Positions 61,846-64,000 of a stretch of 64,000 bases of DNA are shown in pieces. This DNA comes from Schizochytrium sp. TIO01 (taxonomy: Eukaryota > Protista > Bigyra: Labyrinthulomycetes): positions 1,612,001-1,676,000 of the forward strand of contig SMSO01000032.1 of NCBI GenBank assembly GCA_004764695.1. The letters run 5' to 3'. A program made the position numbers and the translations under genes. The stretch's first letter is position 1; each line of letters starts with the position of its first letter. Below the pieces are notes generated by a model. The model saw nothing but the letters and a program-made list of their open reading frames with translations. It was not told the DNA's origin and made no database searches.

Positions 61846-63312
61846 CTAGTCAGAATCCTCATCCACCTTCTTCTTCTTCTTCTTCTTCTTCTCCGAGGTG
61901 GCTGCCTTTGAGCTCTTGCCATCGTCAGACTCGTTGTCACTGGACGCCGCCTTGCGCTTCTTTTCCTTCTTCTCCTTCTTCTCCTTCTTTTCCTTCTTTT
62001 CCTTCTTTTCCTTCTTGGAAGGGGTCTCGAAGGCTGCAGCATCGCCATTGCTGGAGGTCTCCTCCTTGGCGTCAGTGGCGTTGGCAGAGAGGTCCTTGCG
62101 AGCCCAGTCTGCCGGTGTCTTTTCGTTGGGTCGTCCGTACTTATCGAGGAGGCCGTCCTTGACCATGGCCTTCTTCTTGGTAGCGACGGGTCCAAGTCCC
62201 CATCGGCGCGGGTAGGTATCTCTCTCCATGATGACACGCTTGATCTTGGCAACAACACCGTGGTCGACGGTGGCCATTACTGCTGTGGTCATCTCGGCAA
62301 TGCCGACGGCGATAGCCTCTCCCTTGGTGGTCATGAGCACGACCTCCTCTCCGTTGCCGATGTCATCCGCAAAGCGGAGGAGACCCGGGATCATGAGCTT
62401 GGCTCCGTAGCAGATAGCGTTCACAGCGCTATCCTTGACGACAATACGCTTCATGCCGGTAAGCAAAGCCTCGAGGGGCCTGACCACACGGCGCAAGTAG
62501 GTCTCGTCCTTGTTGTTGTCGTACTGGTACTGAGCGTCGAGCACGTCGTGAAGGGTGACCATGCCATCATCTTCAGTAACAGCACCGGAGCGCACGCGGC
62601 GAAGCTCGGCCATGTGAGCGCCGACACCGGTGATGAGACCAAGGTGAACACAGAGGGTACGGATGTAGGTTCCGGCAGCGCATGAGACCCAGAAGACACC
62701 GAGGTTGCGCTCCTGGTCAAACTCAATGAGCTTAGATTTGTAGATGGTACGGATACGAAGCTGACGCTTGACAGCCGAGATAAGAGGAGGACGCTGGAAG
62801 AGAGCACCGGTGAGAGTCTCGATTGCCTGAGCAAGCTTGGCCTCAGAGTCTATTGCGCTGTGCAGACGCACGACGGCAACGTACTCCTTTCCGGCGGACT
62901 GCTGAGACTTCACGAGACGAGTCGCGCGGTCAATACAGACGATGAGACATCCGGTAACCTTGGGATCGAGAGTACCGCTGTGGCCGGTCTTCTCGACGCG
63001 AAGGATGCGGCGCACCCAGGCGACGACCTCATGGGAGCTGGGGTTTGAGGCCTTGTCGAGGTTGATGTAACCGGAGGTGACGTAGTCCTTGATGGGACGC
63101 TTGAGAGGGTTGTGGCCGTTCGGGATCGGGGTGTAGTGAGAAGTACGCACGTTGAGCTTGTCAAAGTTCTTGAGCAGCAGAGGCCAGTCGCTGGTGTCCA
63201 GAGATGGCGTCTCGCTAGAAGGCTCAATGGTGAAGGCACCCTGCAGCTGTTGCTCGCCAACAGAGTCAGAGGCCGAGGCGGAGGCCTCACGTTTGGCGGA
63301 CTTCTTGCCCAT
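61846..63312 (-). CDS. CBF5: H/ACA RNP pseudouridine synthase Cbf5/dyskerin
   Basis: [46 protein letters not shown] domain, [14 protein letters not shown]-repeat tail. Confidence 0.98.
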   Translation of the reverse strand: MGKKSAKREASASASDSVGEQQLQGAFTIEPSSETPSLDTSDWPLLLKNFDKLNVRTSHYTPIPNGHNPLKRPIKDYVTSGYINLDKASNPSSHEVVAWVRRILRVEKTGHSGTLDPKVTGCLIVCIDRATRLVKSQQSAGKEYVAVVRLHSAIDSEAKLAQAIETLTGALFQRPPLISAVKRQLRIRTIYKSKLIEFDQERNLGVFWVSCAAGTYIRTLCVHLGLITGVGAHMAELRRVRSGAVTEDDGMVTLHDVLDAQYQYDNNKDETYLRRVVRPLEALLTGMKRIVVKDSAVNAICYGAKLMIPGLLRFADDIGNGEEVVLMTTKGEAIAVGIAEMTTAVMATVDHGVVAKIKRVIMERDTYPRRWGLGPVATKKKAMVKDGLLDKYGRPNEKTPADWARKDLSANATDAKEETSSNGDAAAFETPSKKEKKEKKEKKEKKEKKEKKRKAASSDNESDDGKSSKAATSEKKKKKKKKVDEDSD

Positions 63313-63403
63313 GGTGGAGGCGGCGGCGTCGAGGTTTAGCGGCGACGACGACAGCGACGGAGAGGGTTTGTTTGATAGAGAGAGAGAGACCCTCCTCGAG
63401 CAA

Positions 63404-63440
63404 TTCTAATCAATCAATCACTCAATCAATCAATCAATCT
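63404..63440. repeat. (AATC)n microsatellite upstream of CBF5
   Basis: ctaatcaatcaatcactcaatcaatcaatcaatctc. Confidence 0.85.
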
Positions 63441-64000
63441 CTCTATCAAATATAATCACAATCAATAAACTCCACCTATCAGTATACAATTGCTCTATAG
63501 ACCTTCACAGTCAATTGAATGGATATAAATAGACAATCGCTTCTATTGCAAACTTGTTATTATCCACCTCACAAACTCTATCATCATCTCTAGGAAGACG
63601 CCGCTCCCCATCCAGCCATTCGTCTCTGCTTGTGCACCTTTGTTCTATCGGGTGTTCTTTCAAGCAGATAGAGTGGAACGGATCATAGAAAACTTCATAG
63701 TGTCAACTCCAGGGAACGCATGAAGCAGACCGCAAATTGGGCGTAATATGGCGGGCATAAGTGGAGCTAGGGTAGTGTTAACAGGAGGAAATGAATGAGT
63801 GGAATAGGATTGAGTTCATCAATCGATGCAAAGCAAGCCAAGACTGGAGAAAGGAATGTGAAGAACTTGAAGAAGAACAAGATGGAGTGCCTAGGTACTA
63901 GGTAACACCTAGGCAGATATTGATAATTAAACAATTCCTCACCAGGGAGGCTGGCAAGCGTTAGAGTTTTTTGATAGTAGCACCCTAATAACTACTAGTA

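Overview
Gene-dense eukaryotic nuclear DNA in the standard code, with few short GT-AG introns and AT-rich, microsatellite-laden intergenic spacers. The overall character suggests a thraustochytrid/labyrinthulomycete stramenopile, but that is inference only. About 20 protein genes are supported: a signal-peptide small HSP with a perfect upstream heat-shock element, a mitochondrial-type J-domain protein, GPI8, an AMT1/MTA1-type MT-A70 adenine methyltransferase, DJ-1/Hsp31, a GT61 glycosyltransferase, a ~2100-aa HEAT/ARM protein split over two ORFs, a SAM-domain protein, ELF1, an FAD oxidoreductase, PCC1, dihydroorotase, two tandem O-fucosyltransferase-family paralogs, a metzincin, an unknown membrane protein, a Gly-rich GGAI-repeat protein, an acylated disordered protein, Rab7 and Cbf5/dyskerin. 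ELF1 and PCC1 were reconstructed from exons and are only fragmentary in the ORF track. The most interesting signal is that an ApT-type DNA 6mA writer sits in a window where 80-160 bp tracts at gene 5' ends contain no ApT, and microsatellites drift between AT and GT/AC forms; this is a candidate mutational footprint of 6mA. No tRNA, rRNA, CRISPR array or intact transposon was recognised.
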